Of a DNA stretch of 64,000 bases, positions 1 to 11,206 are shown one piece after another. Within the stretch, counting starts at the first letter, position 1; each line of letters starts with the position of its first letter. Source of the DNA: a virus. The translations under genes were made by a program, and so were the position numbers. The stretch lies in IMG/VR virus record IMGVR_UViG_3300042197_002147, positions 32,001-96,000 of that record; one strand, given 5' to 3'. The notes beneath the pieces were generated by a model. That model had not been told where the DNA came from, made no database searches, and was given only the letters and a program-made list of their open reading frames with translations.

Positions 1-618
1 AAAGACTGGGAAATTGGGCCAGATGGACCACAGTGCAAGGGAGGAAATAAAAATGGAGTTGGTGGAGGTAAGGGAGGAGCCGGAGGTGGTGTAGGACATG
101 GAAAATGTTGTGGAAATCCAGGATCAAGTTCTGTTCCTGGTCCACCACCGCCAGGTGGAGCAAACGGTGGATATTGTGTTACTGGAGGAGGTTGTGGACC
201 TTTCTGTCAAGGTGATTCTGTTTGCACAGTAATGAAAGATCCATGTTTAGAACAATGGGTAAAGGATTGGGACGAAACGGATTCTAGCGGCGGCCACGAT
301 CCCGGAGGAGGAACACAGGGAGGAACTGGTGGTAACGGAGGTCCAATATGGCATGTAACTGGATGTCCTGCTTGTGCCCCCGGTGGTATAATGCCCGGTC
401 CTGGTGGTAAAACTATACAAACCGCAACATGTAACGGGGAATGGGGTCATGGTGGAGGAACTGGTGGCGGGGGTCCGGTTCCATTTACTGCCCCAAATCA
501 ACCAGTAGATGTTCAAATACAATATGTTAAAATTTATAATAATGATAAAACAGAATTTGAATGTATACCAATTGTATTAGATGAGACAACAGAATACGAA
601 CTATGTTCAGAAACATAG
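1..618 (+). CDS. Gly/Cys/Pro-rich putative virion protein, 5'-truncated by the window edge
   Basis: Frame +1 is open from base 1 (KDWEIGPDGPQCKGG...) to TAG at 616-618; C-terminus VKIY..FECIPI..YELC resembles that of the next ORF. Confidence 0.75.
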   Translation, partial: KDWEIGPDGPQCKGGNKNGVGGGKGGAGGGVGHGKCCGNPGSSSVPGPPPPGGANGGYCVTGGGCGPFCQGDSVCTVMKDPCLEQWVKDWDETDSSGGHDPGGGTQGGTGGNGGPIWHVTGCPACAPGGIMPGPGGKTIQTATCNGEWGHGGGTGGGGPVPFTAPNQPVDVQIQYVKIYNNDKTEFECIPIVLDETTEYELCSET

Positions 619-631
619 ATAATTTTATAAC

Positions 632-3600
632 ATGTATAGTAGTAGCATCAATACTTTAAAAATGATGGGTCCTGATGGCCCCACTGGTTCGGTGGGTCCA
701 ACCGGATCTACCGGACCAACAGGACCCACTGGCGCAACTGGATCCACAGGAGCAGTTGGTCCTTACATCGTTTCCGTAGATGCAACAACAAGTAGAGCAA
801 TATTTACACTCTCAAATGGTTTAACATTTGGTATTACAGGTTCTTTCTCCGGTAATACTGCATATTCTTCAACCGAACAAGCGACTAGCATTGGTTCTGG
901 AACATCTATACTTGGAACAGCAACTCCAGGCCAACTTAATATAAAAGGTATAAGTGCAATTGGATCTTTGGTCGTAAGTACCACAAGTAATAATCTGTCA
1001 ATTGATACAATTTATAAAAGTGTTGTTGGAAATTTAGATGCTCTTGGTTTGTCTGCTGACACTTTAATGTATTTAAAAAGTCCAGAACTTGCAAGCAGCA
1101 CACGAATAAAATTAGACGGAACTGGTGATTTAGATTTTCAAAATCAATTTTACTTAAATGATGCCGCTTTTATAAAATATGTTGGCCCCATAAAAAAGAA
1201 TCAATATGTTGGCATAACAGGTGCAATTGAAAATATAACAAACGGAACAACTGGTGGAATTTATATTGATTTAGAAAATGGTGGGTTTTATCAATTAAAT
1301 ACACCAATCGGAATTGCTGGTTTTACTGGAACCTTTAACAAAAACGAAATTATTAGTGCAACACTAGTGTTTACTTCAGATGATATCTGGAAATTCCCAG
1401 AAAATGTCTATTTTGAATCTGGTGAAAATTATTTTACATGCGGTAAAAGTATAGTAAACATTTCTACTTTCGACGGTGGAGAAAATTGGTATGCTGTTGT
1501 TTCGCAGCGTGGTTTAGATATAGAATCATTTGCTTCTTGTAAACCATCAATAGGTAAAGGTTCCTGTTGTTATGTAAAATACCCGCAAAACACAGTAAAT
1601 TGCATAGATTATGTTTCTCGTGACGAATGTGATTTACTGGGTGGTTCTTTTAATCCACTTTTGTCTTGTTCACAGTCCTGTGGTTTGACTTTTGGTTTGT
1701 GTTGTTCCAATGGAAATTGCATAGAAAATGTTTCACCAGACGAATGTGCTTTTTTTGGTGGTGTTTTTTATTCTGCTTTAAGTTGTAATACTTATACAAA
1801 TAATCCAAATGGTAAAAATTATGATGAACCTATAGAAAATGGTAGACTTTGCTACAATCCATGCGAAACTGAAAAATTAGTTTGTTGCAAAAACGGAACA
1901 TGTTTGGGTAGTAATTACTCAAGAATACAATGTGAACTTATTCTTGGTGGAAAATCTGTAACTGGCGGAGATTGCTCTACTGTAAATTGCTGTGAAAACA
2001 ACATTGGTGTTGGTGCTTGTTGTGCTTGCAAGGCAAAAGGATTGTTGTGCTATGATAATCTAACACCACAAGAATGTTTAAGTGCAGAGTATGATGGTGT
2101 TTTCATGGGACAAAATGAATTGTGTGATAATGTAAATTGCACATGCGTTGGTGGTTCAAATGAACAGGTTGGTGAAACTTTTCCGACATTTGATTTGATT
2201 GTTGTACAAAATCCTGTAGCACCAAATCAAAGAGGTCATGTACGAATAGTTAATGTGGAAGATGCAGAAGGCGGACCATTTCAATATAAAGTAACTTTAA
2301 ATAGAATAATTGATCTTTTACCGGAAACAATTTATACTACTGAATATTTTGATATAACAAATCCTATAAACACAGATTATTTTACCGAACCATTGGAACA
2401 TCTCACTGACGAAGGAATTCCAACAATTTATGAAGTTGTTATATCGGTAAGAGATACTGATAATAATATATCAACAAAATCCAAATTTATTTCAGTAAAT
2501 GATGTAATTCCAGAAATTGTTTCAATATCTGTAGTACCAAGTTCTCCAATAATTTATGAAGAACCAGAAACATATCCAATAAATGTTGGATCCACAGTTT
2601 TAGTAACTGCAAGAGATCCTGATGGTGGATCAGTTTTCTATGAATTTAGCATAGAACCTTCAGAAAATGAAGTTTCTTTTATTGAAATGCAATCCAACAT
2701 GATTGCAGTTACTCTTGTGGTAAAGGAAACTACCAATAACAATACAACAGTAACCGTTAAATGTGTCGTAACAGACGAAGAATCTCAAAGCGTAACTGTT
2801 ATGGTTCCTATAGTTTTTCAAAAAGATGTAGCACCAGAATATGATATTGTTATAGATCCTCCCGGAGAGGGAACCGATTTACCAGATTGGGTATACAATG
2901 GTTGCTTAAATGCTTCAACTTATCCTGCTGCTGGAAGAATAGGAACAACATTAAGACCTCGTATTAAAATTCCAGCAAATCAAGGAAATATTAAATTATA
3001 TTATGGAATGGCTATGTACAGAGAAGAAGGACCTGGTCAGTACTATTGCTGCATGAATTGTCAGCAAATTGTAATGCCAAACGGGGAACAAGATATTATC
3101 TCTGGAATAAATGATATAACTATAGATTTACCTGAAGTAGCAGGAAATACAGCAGGACTTTATATTCTTAGCACCATACTACGGCAACAACCATACAATG
3201 AGTTCAATACAATATCTAGAGCAAAAGCAGTTAGAATAACAAATGAAGGTCCTCAAATAATTGAAATAACTCCTGATATTGTAATCAATATGGATCCTTC
3301 TGAACCGCAATTACAAGTTCCAACTGCTTTTATTCCAAATGGTATTTTCAAGGAAGTTCAATTTGGTGTAACTGCCGCCGATATAAACAATAATCTAGTT
3401 GGTGCATTGTTTTTTCCAAGGTTAATAGCCAATGGAAATGTATTAAGTTACAATTATACTTACACATCTGGATATGTTCGACCTGTCTCAAATGTAACAA
3501 AAATTGGCAATTATTTTACCCAAAGATGGAGATTTTTTTACGAGTCAAATTATCAAATAGATCATCAAGTTAACGATGAAGTTTTATATACTGATATTGA

Positions 3601-6600
3601 TTCTAGTAATTTGTCAATTATAAGAGTCAGTAACACTTCCCCTTCTATTTTTTCTATAACATCAAATATAGTAATACCACCAGAAACCGCATTTTCTGTA
3701 ACAGGAAGTGGTATAACAGATCCAGATCCTGCTGATGTATTACAATTTAAATGGGTTTTATCTAAATCGGATTCTTCTATTATAGAGGATACTGGTTGGC
3801 AAACACTATCTGGTTCTAGTGTGACATATACAAAATCTACTGGATTACCCGGAGCACAGACGAATCAAGTTTATTTTGTAGATCTTTTTGTAAAAGATCC
3901 AAACGAAAATGTAGCAACAAAAAGATGTACTGTAACCGTACAGAATAGTTTACCTATAATTGGTGTAACTTATGATACAGACATAAGTTCTCCTTTTGTT
4001 AAATTTATAAATGGAACTGATGCCAATCTTGGTCTTTTAGAAAAATTAATTTTAGACACCACAATTACTGCTTCTGATCCAGATGGTGGTTCTTTGACAT
4101 ACAATACAACAGTTTCTGGTGGTCCATTTTCGATAAATGGTCAAACTACTTCAAAACCAAAAATAGAACTATTGCAAAAGGGAAATTATTTAATATTCCA
4201 CACAGTAACTGATAATGAAGGTGGAACCGACTTCATTCAAAGTAATGTAGAAATTTTAGAAAATGAAAGACCTTCTATAAATTTTGATTCAACACAATCT
4301 TCTATTTTGTTTCCTTGCTCTGGTCAAAATTTAGTTGATGTAATTGCAACAGTTTCTGATACAGAAACGCCATTTTCTAATCTCACAAATGCTACAATTG
4401 TTCCGATTAGTTATCCATCAACACCACCAGAATTGATAGGTACTGTTCTAACAGACAATGGTTCAAGTGGTGACATAACAACTAGATTTAAAGTATTCAA
4501 CACAGGAACATATACATTTAAAGCATCTATAACCGAACCGGGAATAGATGACACTATTTCTCAAACAGTAGAAGCATCAACTACTATAACAGTATCTGCT
4601 GATCCTAACTTCAATCCTTCAATTCCACCCATATCCCCGATTACTGTTTCGAATCCAATTTCAAATTTCTTATTTACAATCAACGCTTTCGATGTCAACG
4701 GAATAAATCCATTATTATCCAATGTCAGACTTGAAACTGGTGCTGATCCGTATTTTAGAATTAATTCAACCACCACAACACAGCAGGGCGACAATACTAG
4801 TATACAATTTGTATTAGATATATCTGTTCTTTCCACCACTGTACCTAATGGTTTATATTCTCTTATTATAAAAATTATAGACAATTGTGGAAGATCTTTC
4901 GAACAAACATCTGGATTTGTTAATGTGCAAAATACAGCACCATCCGTAACCATAACAAACCCAACTCAGACCGTTGTTTCTTCAACACTTCCAGTAACAT
5001 TAAATTTGAGTGCAAGTGGTTATGATCCAGATGGTTCAACACTAATTTATAATTGGACATTGACTGGCCCAAGTACAACATACAATTTTTCAGCAAATAA
5101 TTCATCATCATCAAATAACACAATTTTAACTGGATTGAATAAAGGTGGCCAGCATCAAGTTTCTGTTACGGTAACAGATAGTTCTGGTTCTACATCTGTT
5201 CCGGCAGCAGTTACATTGAATGTGACGGATCCAAATCCTACAGCAAATGCAGGAAACGATTTATCAATAACATATCCAGATTTAACAACATTTCCTAAAA
5301 CTTTTTCATTAGATGGAACAGGAAGCACGGATCAATCTGGCGGTTCTATAAGTTTATATCAGTGGAGTATTATTTCCCAAAGCGGTTCTACAATTGAATT
5401 TGTTGGGTCAAATCAAATTTCTACACCAACGGTTAAGGTTAATGGTTTTGGAACATATACTTTATCTTTAGTAGTTACTGATAATAATTCAAATGTTTCC
5501 AGTCCAGATACTGTTACTTTAACTTTGTTAAGAGACATTGCACCAACAGTAAATTTGACCGCATCATCAACAAACATTACACTTCCAACAAATTCTATTA
5601 ATTTACAAATTAATACATCAACAGATGTAACTTCGGCAACAATAACAGAGGTGACTTCTTTTGGTGCTACAATAGTTTCACCCGTAAAACTAAATTCAAC
5701 AACTTGGCAAGCAACTATTAATAATTTGACAACAAATAGTAATGGTTCTTCTAGAAACTATACATTCAAGGCAACTGTAGATGATGGTGTAAATCCACCA
5801 GTTGATTCAAATCCACAAACAATAACAATAAACAATCAAATACCAACTGCCGAAATATTTATTCCATCTAGTACTTCTGGTGTTAATATGACAAGTAACT
5901 ACACATTTGGTATTACGGCATTTGCCGTTGACCCAGATGGTGGTTCTCTGGTAAATCCTGAATTTCTTATAACTACGGTTCCTCCAACATATACTGGAAG
6001 TGTTTTATTTGGTGCAATTTCCCAAAATGTAAGTACAAGCGGAACAACATATTCGGCACAATGCACGATAGCTGCACCAATAAAAATTGGAAATTATGGT
6101 TTTGCATTCATGATAACTGACAATGAAGGACAAACAGTTCAGTCTAATCCAAAAGAATTAATATTCACAAATCAAAGTCCTACAATAACAGCATCAAAAC
6201 TGGCACACATTATACCATTTCCAACAGTTACACAGTTCAATACATCTGTATATGGAATTTCGGTCACGGATCAAGATAATAATATAACATCAAGTAGATG
6301 GAGAATGAAAAGTGTTCCTTCTGGTGCAAATTCTGGATACTCCAATCCCTTATCATCGACTTCTTCATATTCTGATATTTTAATTCCATTTATTGATTCG
6401 CCGGCTCCGGTGGGTGGTACATATACTCTTGAATTACAAATTCAAGATTTGGGAGGAAGTGTAGTTAGTCAAGATTTTACTGTTAAAAGAAATCAAGCCC
6501 CAAATGTTAGTATTACAAATCCAGATCCAAACAATTCTGTAAATATAACATTACCTTCTACTCTTAATTTAACCGCAGTTGCAAATGATCCTGATGGATT

Positions 6601-9600
6601 TATTTCTAGTTATATCTGGACCGCATCTGATCCAAGCAGAGTAACTTTTAGTAATGCCTCTTCTTTAAACACAACAGCAACATTTACTCCAATTGGTTCT
6701 ACATATTCGATTTCAATTGGATTTTCAGCAACAGACAATAATGGAAGACCTACATCAGCAAGTCCAAGTTTAACAGTAAATGTTTCCCCAAATCCAGCAC
6801 CAGTAATAACATCATTTTCTGCTTCTCCAACTAATCCACTTATTTCCGGTGCTAATCAAAGTGCATCCACCACACTTACAGTAAATGCAACAGATAACGA
6901 AGGAATTACATACTTCTTTAAACAAGTACCAGAAGCAGGAACACCAACAGTAAGTATAACACAAAATCCATTACAAAATCAAGCAGTTGTTTCTGGTATG
7001 ACACTTCCATTTTCGAATAGCACAATAGCTTCTTCTAAAGTTTATAAATTTCAAGCAGAAGTCACTGACGCCTCTGGAAACAAAATAACTAGTAACACAT
7101 TAAATGTTACAGCAGAAAGCAGTCAACCAACAATATCTAATGTAAATAGTAATTTGGGTTCGATTACATTTACAGGGTCATCACAATCAATAAACATAAA
7201 TCCTACACCTGGCGCAACAGCAATAGATCCAGATGGTGGAATTTTAAATTATTTATGGACAAACCCAACTAAACCCGCCGGAGCAGGAATCGTCACAATA
7301 AATAATAGCAATACATTCACACCAACTGCAACAAACTTTACTCAGCCAGGATCTTATGGTTTTAATTTACTTGTAACAGATAACGAGGGAACACAAAATA
7401 ATCAAACAGTATCCTTAACTTTAACTAATGCAGCGGCTCCAACATTTGGTACTCTTCCTGTGAGCGGCGTAGTACAAAACCCTGTTTTAAGTGTTTCAAG
7501 AACTTGCACAATTTCAAATGCAAGTGCAACTCCATCTTCAACAAATGCCGGACCCGTTAATGTAACAGCAGGGGTTACGCAAATTTCAGGTCAAACTGCA
7601 CCAACAGTATCAGTAAGTAATGGAACGAATATACAGTCTAGTGCTACTGTCTCTATAAACATTAATACAGCAACGATGACTCCCGGTATTGATTTTACTA
7701 TTTCAGTAACGGCAACTTCTACAACAAATGCATCGCTTTCAGCAACAACAGCATTTACTATAAGAAAAAATGCATTACCTATTTTACCACCACTCTCTGG
7801 AAGCGGTGGTAATGTAAATACTAAATTAAATTTTACAATATCTGGTGTTGGATTTGCATCTGATCCCGATGTAGGTGGATCAATTACAAGATATGATTGG
7901 ACAACAAATCCTCCGACCAGTTCAATTTTTCCAAATAATAATGCTGGTGCGACATTTGTTGGTATAACATTTAATGCAACAGGAACATATACCGTTTCTT
8001 GCCGAGCTGTTGACATTTTGAGTGAAGGTACTACTGCTAATTTAACTGGTATTGCTATAGCTGCACCACCAGCAGATCCTTGTACATTAAAGAATTATGC
8101 ACGAAGTAGTGGATATTTGTATAATATTATCGTGCCAAATGAAGCAATACGAGGCGCATCAAAAGGACCAGGAGCTCCTCCAGCTCCACCCAATACATGT
8201 CCGCCGCCCCCTTCTAGTCCTATTCAAAGTTTGTTTAATTCGGGAAGTGCATTTGCTTCGAACTGGGATTATTTGGGCGCTTTTAGTGCTGGTGAGTTAG
8301 GATGGAAAATAAATCCAGCAAAACCAACGGGCGATGATAATACAGGAACAAAATATCCTTATTCTAATTTTATTTTAAGAAATGGAAATTATTTTGATCA
8401 TTCTGCTACTGCTTTTAGTTTGGATTATTTTGACAGTTGGAAATCAGCATCAACTGCACTGATTCCAGTTGCTGCCATTAGAAGAGTTACTAGACCATTT
8501 GATTTGTCTTTTGCATATTTAAGCGGTATTTATCCAAATTTACAAAATAGAACTCAATATGAAAATAGATTTATACAATTTATAAATTCAAATGAATTCG
8601 ATTTCACATCAAATGCAGAACAAGACAAAACTGTAAGACTTGGTGATGGAATTCCATTTATTTTCAAATGCTCCTGTTGGGACGCAAATGAGGAATTGTC
8701 CTATACAAATTGGTATGATTATACTTCACAAACTGGTTCACAAGAATTTAATTTAACATGTCCATCAGGAACTACAAGAAAACCAAGATCTTTGATTGTT
8801 GTTAGATTTAAACAAGCAACAGCGATGTCAGCAGTAACAAATGGTCCTTCAGGAAATGCAACAAAATGTCATAATTTTACTAATGTTGGTGGCGGCGAAG
8901 GCGCACAAGTAGTCACAACTGATATAACTGCATATTATGTTTCAAGAAATGAAGCACAATCGGCTACAACGGACACATGTAAAATAGGTGTAGGTAAATA
9001 TGCACTTATAAGATATGAAATAAATTACCCAAAAGACTCAACAGGTGATGGTTCGTTAACAAAAACAATTTGTAGCGATTCATCGACAAATGTGGGTACA
9101 TGCTCTGGTGCTAGTAATTTGTTTATTCCGGTTAGCACTCTTTCTTTCACAACTTATCAAAGTGATCCAGATATTGCAAATCAGCTTGGAAATTTTCCAA
9201 AAGTAGTTAATATTCCAGAAATTTGCACTCCGTGTACGACATCAGGTCCAGCGCAAACAGATGCGAATAGAACAGCTAAAAGAAAATACTCAGATATAAC
9301 TTGGACAACTTCTAGCATGGCATGGGCAACAACTTCAGCTCCTTTAAGTGTAACATCAAATCGTGCGTTTGTTCCACCCGAATTTATATGTGTTGCGGAT
9401 TGTGAAAATTCATCGTATTTATCTGGAGGAACATGTATAACTACCATGACCGGTCCTTGTGCAGCAGCTGCATTTACTGGAGAAGAAACACCAATAAATG
9501 ATTCAAATGGTAATGAAAATCTCATTTGGATTAAAATATATAGTAGTGAGGATCCAACACTATATGAATGTGTTCCTGTTCTATATGATTTAGAAATTTT

Positions 9601-9628
9601 AAAACAATACGAACTTTGCGAGGAATAA
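632..9628 (+). CDS. Giant 2998-aa putative fibre/adhesin: short collagen-like N-terminus, Cys-rich GxCC repeats, many PKD/Ig-like repeats, Cys-containing C-terminal domain
   Basis: GPTG/GATG repeats; GSCC, GLCC, VCC, GACC units; recurring DPDGG-x-L-x-Y-x-W and VTDNEG motifs typical of PKD/Ig-like repeats; Ser/Thr-rich; lies upstream of the neck genes. Confidence 0.75.
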   Translation: MYSSSINTLKMMGPDGPTGSVGPTGSTGPTGPTGATGSTGAVGPYIVSVDATTSRAIFTLSNGLTFGITGSFSGNTAYSSTEQATSIGSGTSILGTATPGQLNIKGISAIGSLVVSTTSNNLSIDTIYKSVVGNLDALGLSADTLMYLKSPELASSTRIKLDGTGDLDFQNQFYLNDAAFIKYVGPIKKNQYVGITGAIENITNGTTGGIYIDLENGGFYQLNTPIGIAGFTGTFNKNEIISATLVFTSDDIWKFPENVYFESGENYFTCGKSIVNISTFDGGENWYAVVSQRGLDIESFASCKPSIGKGSCCYVKYPQNTVNCIDYVSRDECDLLGGSFNPLLSCSQSCGLTFGLCCSNGNCIENVSPDECAFFGGVFYSALSCNTYTNNPNGKNYDEPIENGRLCYNPCETEKLVCCKNGTCLGSNYSRIQCELILGGKSVTGGDCSTVNCCENNIGVGACCACKAKGLLCYDNLTPQECLSAEYDGVFMGQNELCDNVNCTCVGGSNEQVGETFPTFDLIVVQNPVAPNQRGHVRIVNVEDAEGGPFQYKVTLNRIIDLLPETIYTTEYFDITNPINTDYFTEPLEHLTDEGIPTIYEVVISVRDTDNNISTKSKFISVNDVIPEIVSISVVPSSPIIYEEPETYPINVGSTVLVTARDPDGGSVFYEFSIEPSENEVSFIEMQSNMIAVTLVVKETTNNNTTVTVKCVVTDEESQSVTVMVPIVFQKDVAPEYDIVIDPPGEGTDLPDWVYNGCLNASTYPAAGRIGTTLRPRIKIPANQGNIKLYYGMAMYREEGPGQYYCCMNCQQIVMPNGEQDIISGINDITIDLPEVAGNTAGLYILSTILRQQPYNEFNTISRAKAVRITNEGPQIIEITPDIVINMDPSEPQLQVPTAFIPNGIFKEVQFGVTAADINNNLVGALFFPRLIANGNVLSYNYTYTSGYVRPVSNVTKIGNYFTQRWRFFYESNYQIDHQVNDEVLYTDIDSSNLSIIRVSNTSPSIFSITSNIVIPPETAFSVTGSGITDPDPADVLQFKWVLSKSDSSIIEDTGWQTLSGSSVTYTKSTGLPGAQTNQVYFVDLFVKDPNENVATKRCTVTVQNSLPIIGVTYDTDISSPFVKFINGTDANLGLLEKLILDTTITASDPDGGSLTYNTTVSGGPFSINGQTTSKPKIELLQKGNYLIFHTVTDNEGGTDFIQSNVEILENERPSINFDSTQSSILFPCSGQNLVDVIATVSDTETPFSNLTNATIVPISYPSTPPELIGTVLTDNGSSGDITTRFKVFNTGTYTFKASITEPGIDDTISQTVEASTTITVSADPNFNPSIPPISPITVSNPISNFLFTINAFDVNGINPLLSNVRLETGADPYFRINSTTTTQQGDNTSIQFVLDISVLSTTVPNGLYSLIIKIIDNCGRSFEQTSGFVNVQNTAPSVTITNPTQTVVSSTLPVTLNLSASGYDPDGSTLIYNWTLTGPSTTYNFSANNSSSSNNTILTGLNKGGQHQVSVTVTDSSGSTSVPAAVTLNVTDPNPTANAGNDLSITYPDLTTFPKTFSLDGTGSTDQSGGSISLYQWSIISQSGSTIEFVGSNQISTPTVKVNGFGTYTLSLVVTDNNSNVSSPDTVTLTLLRDIAPTVNLTASSTNITLPTNSINLQINTSTDVTSATITEVTSFGATIVSPVKLNSTTWQATINNLTTNSNGSSRNYTFKATVDDGVNPPVDSNPQTITINNQIPTAEIFIPSSTSGVNMTSNYTFGITAFAVDPDGGSLVNPEFLITTVPPTYTGSVLFGAISQNVSTSGTTYSAQCTIAAPIKIGNYGFAFMITDNEGQTVQSNPKELIFTNQSPTITASKLAHIIPFPTVTQFNTSVYGISVTDQDNNITSSRWRMKSVPSGANSGYSNPLSSTSSYSDILIPFIDSPAPVGGTYTLELQIQDLGGSVVSQDFTVKRNQAPNVSITNPDPNNSVNITLPSTLNLTAVANDPDGFISSYIWTASDPSRVTFSNASSLNTTATFTPIGSTYSISIGFSATDNNGRPTSASPSLTVNVSPNPAPVITSFSASPTNPLISGANQSASTTLTVNATDNEGITYFFKQVPEAGTPTVSITQNPLQNQAVVSGMTLPFSNSTIASSKVYKFQAEVTDASGNKITSNTLNVTAESSQPTISNVNSNLGSITFTGSSQSININPTPGATAIDPDGGILNYLWTNPTKPAGAGIVTINNSNTFTPTATNFTQPGSYGFNLLVTDNEGTQNNQTVSLTLTNAAAPTFGTLPVSGVVQNPVLSVSRTCTISNASATPSSTNAGPVNVTAGVTQISGQTAPTVSVSNGTNIQSSATVSININTATMTPGIDFTISVTATSTTNASLSATTAFTIRKNALPILPPLSGSGGNVNTKLNFTISGVGFASDPDVGGSITRYDWTTNPPTSSIFPNNNAGATFVGITFNATGTYTVSCRAVDILSEGTTANLTGIAIAAPPADPCTLKNYARSSGYLYNIIVPNEAIRGASKGPGAPPAPPNTCPPPPSSPIQSLFNSGSAFASNWDYLGAFSAGELGWKINPAKPTGDDNTGTKYPYSNFILRNGNYFDHSATAFSLDYFDSWKSASTALIPVAAIRRVTRPFDLSFAYLSGIYPNLQNRTQYENRFIQFINSNEFDFTSNAEQDKTVRLGDGIPFIFKCSCWDANEELSYTNWYDYTSQTGSQEFNLTCPSGTTRKPRSLIVVRFKQATAMSAVTNGPSGNATKCHNFTNVGGGEGAQVVTTDITAYYVSRNEAQSATTDTCKIGVGKYALIRYEINYPKDSTGDGSLTKTICSDSSTNVGTCSGASNLFIPVSTLSFTTYQSDPDIANQLGNFPKVVNIPEICTPCTTSGPAQTDANRTAKRKYSDITWTTSSMAWATTSAPLSVTSNRAFVPPEFICVADCENSSYLSGGTCITTMTGPCAAAAFTGEETPINDSNGNENLIWIKIYSSEDPTLYECVPVLYDLEILKQYELCEE

Positions 9629-11206
9629 ATGGCAATACAGTTTAGAACAAGAACAAAAAGTGCAATAAACTATTCCACGGAACTGAAATCTATTGGAGTG
9701 TGTTGTGGTATAGATGGATCAAAAACATCTAAAACATTTTTAGAATGTTTTCAGTCTGGTGGAAACTTTCAATACGGAAACATAAATGAAGTTGATTGTA
9801 TAAGTCCGGGTGCAACTGGTTGTTGTTGCTCATGTTCAAATGAAACATTAGAAGGTAGTTTATTTAATGGTGTTATTTATCCAGATTTATTAACGCAATG
9901 TGGAGGAATAATAAACAATAATAGATTAGGTTTAGTGAATGGAACTTCAAAGTGTGAATGTGAAAGATTGGGTGGCGTTTGGAATCAGGGACCCTGTCCA
10001 ACAAATGGTCAAAGTGCGACATTAGATCCAGCCTACGACCCAAATAGTATTTTAATTGGTAATTCAACAGCAGACAAATATTGTGGAAAATTATTTCCAG
10101 TTGGTGATTTATTATCAAATGAAGCATGTCTATTTGATGTAAGAGTTCCAAGATCTTGTTGCTATATGGATAGAGATGATAACAATGTTCCCACTAAAGT
10201 TATTTGTGAAAATGTTTGCAAGAGTTCAGATTGCATGGGTTATACTGCATCAAATCAACCAGCAATATTTTCCAAGAAAAAATTATGCAATGCTGATTTA
10301 TTAGGTAATGGCACGGCAGATTGCACATCTTCTAGTTTTTTGAGTTATTATTCTACTGGAACTGCTTTATTTGATGATTTTTCACATGGACCTTGTTTCA
10401 GATTAAAGAAAACAAATAACACATATTCATATGATTGTGAATTGACATCAAAAGAATTATGTGAAGAGTACTGGACTGAATTATTAGATGATTCGAAGGT
10501 ATGCAACCACAATTATGCACCACAAGTTCCAACTAAAACTGGAAGTAGAATTATAGAACCAGAAACAATGTCAGAATATTCTTTTAATTTGCTTGGTCTT
10601 AATATTGGTGCAACTTATAAAGGTGGAATTTATATGGGAATCTATGAACCGGGTTCTCCGATTACACCAACTGCTTCTGATATTTTTGGTGCAGAACAAT
10701 TAACACAAAAAACAGGAACACTGTTAAAATCAAATGCTTCCGGACCTGGAGAAAAGAAAAATAAAAAATGGGCAATAATAGTAGAACCCTCAATTTATTT
10801 TACAACATTTTTAGATGTGGGGGAACAACTACAAACAAGTCAAAGAAATTTATCAAAATATGATGGATTTTATAATTTTTATGGGGACAATAGAACATTT
10901 AACGGAATAAAAACAAAATTAACAAATACAATATGCGGTAAAAATAGAAAAGGATTTGCAGATTTTTATGTTCCCTCTTTGAAAGAGTTGCAATTTTTTG
11001 CAAAACAATATCAGGTTTATGTTTCTGGTGTCACTAATTATATAATACCAAGAGGCGCATTTATGACATCATCAATGTATAACGAAAAATTATTATATAG
11101 TCAGTATTTGACTCTATCTGATTCGTATAACTATGGTAGAGTAATTTTGTCTGCTCCGACTACAAATCTTTCTATATTGTTTTTTAGAAGAATTTTATTG
11201 ACATAA
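9629..11206 (+). CDS. Cys-rich putative virion protein with a DUF1566/Lcl-like C-terminal domain
   Basis: GVCC/GCCC/SCC repeats at the N-terminus; YKGGIYMG...FYVPSLKEL...FMTSS at the C-terminus resembles Lcl/DUF1566. Confidence 0.55.
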   Translation: MAIQFRTRTKSAINYSTELKSIGVCCGIDGSKTSKTFLECFQSGGNFQYGNINEVDCISPGATGCCCSCSNETLEGSLFNGVIYPDLLTQCGGIINNNRLGLVNGTSKCECERLGGVWNQGPCPTNGQSATLDPAYDPNSILIGNSTADKYCGKLFPVGDLLSNEACLFDVRVPRSCCYMDRDDNNVPTKVICENVCKSSDCMGYTASNQPAIFSKKKLCNADLLGNGTADCTSSSFLSYYSTGTALFDDFSHGPCFRLKKTNNTYSYDCELTSKELCEEYWTELLDDSKVCNHNYAPQVPTKTGSRIIEPETMSEYSFNLLGLNIGATYKGGIYMGIYEPGSPITPTASDIFGAEQLTQKTGTLLKSNASGPGEKKNKKWAIIVEPSIYFTTFLDVGEQLQTSQRNLSKYDGFYNFYGDNRTFNGIKTKLTNTICGKNRKGFADFYVPSLKELQFFAKQYQVYVSGVTNYIIPRGAFMTSSMYNEKLLYSQYLTLSDSYNYGRVILSAPTTNLSILFFRRILLT

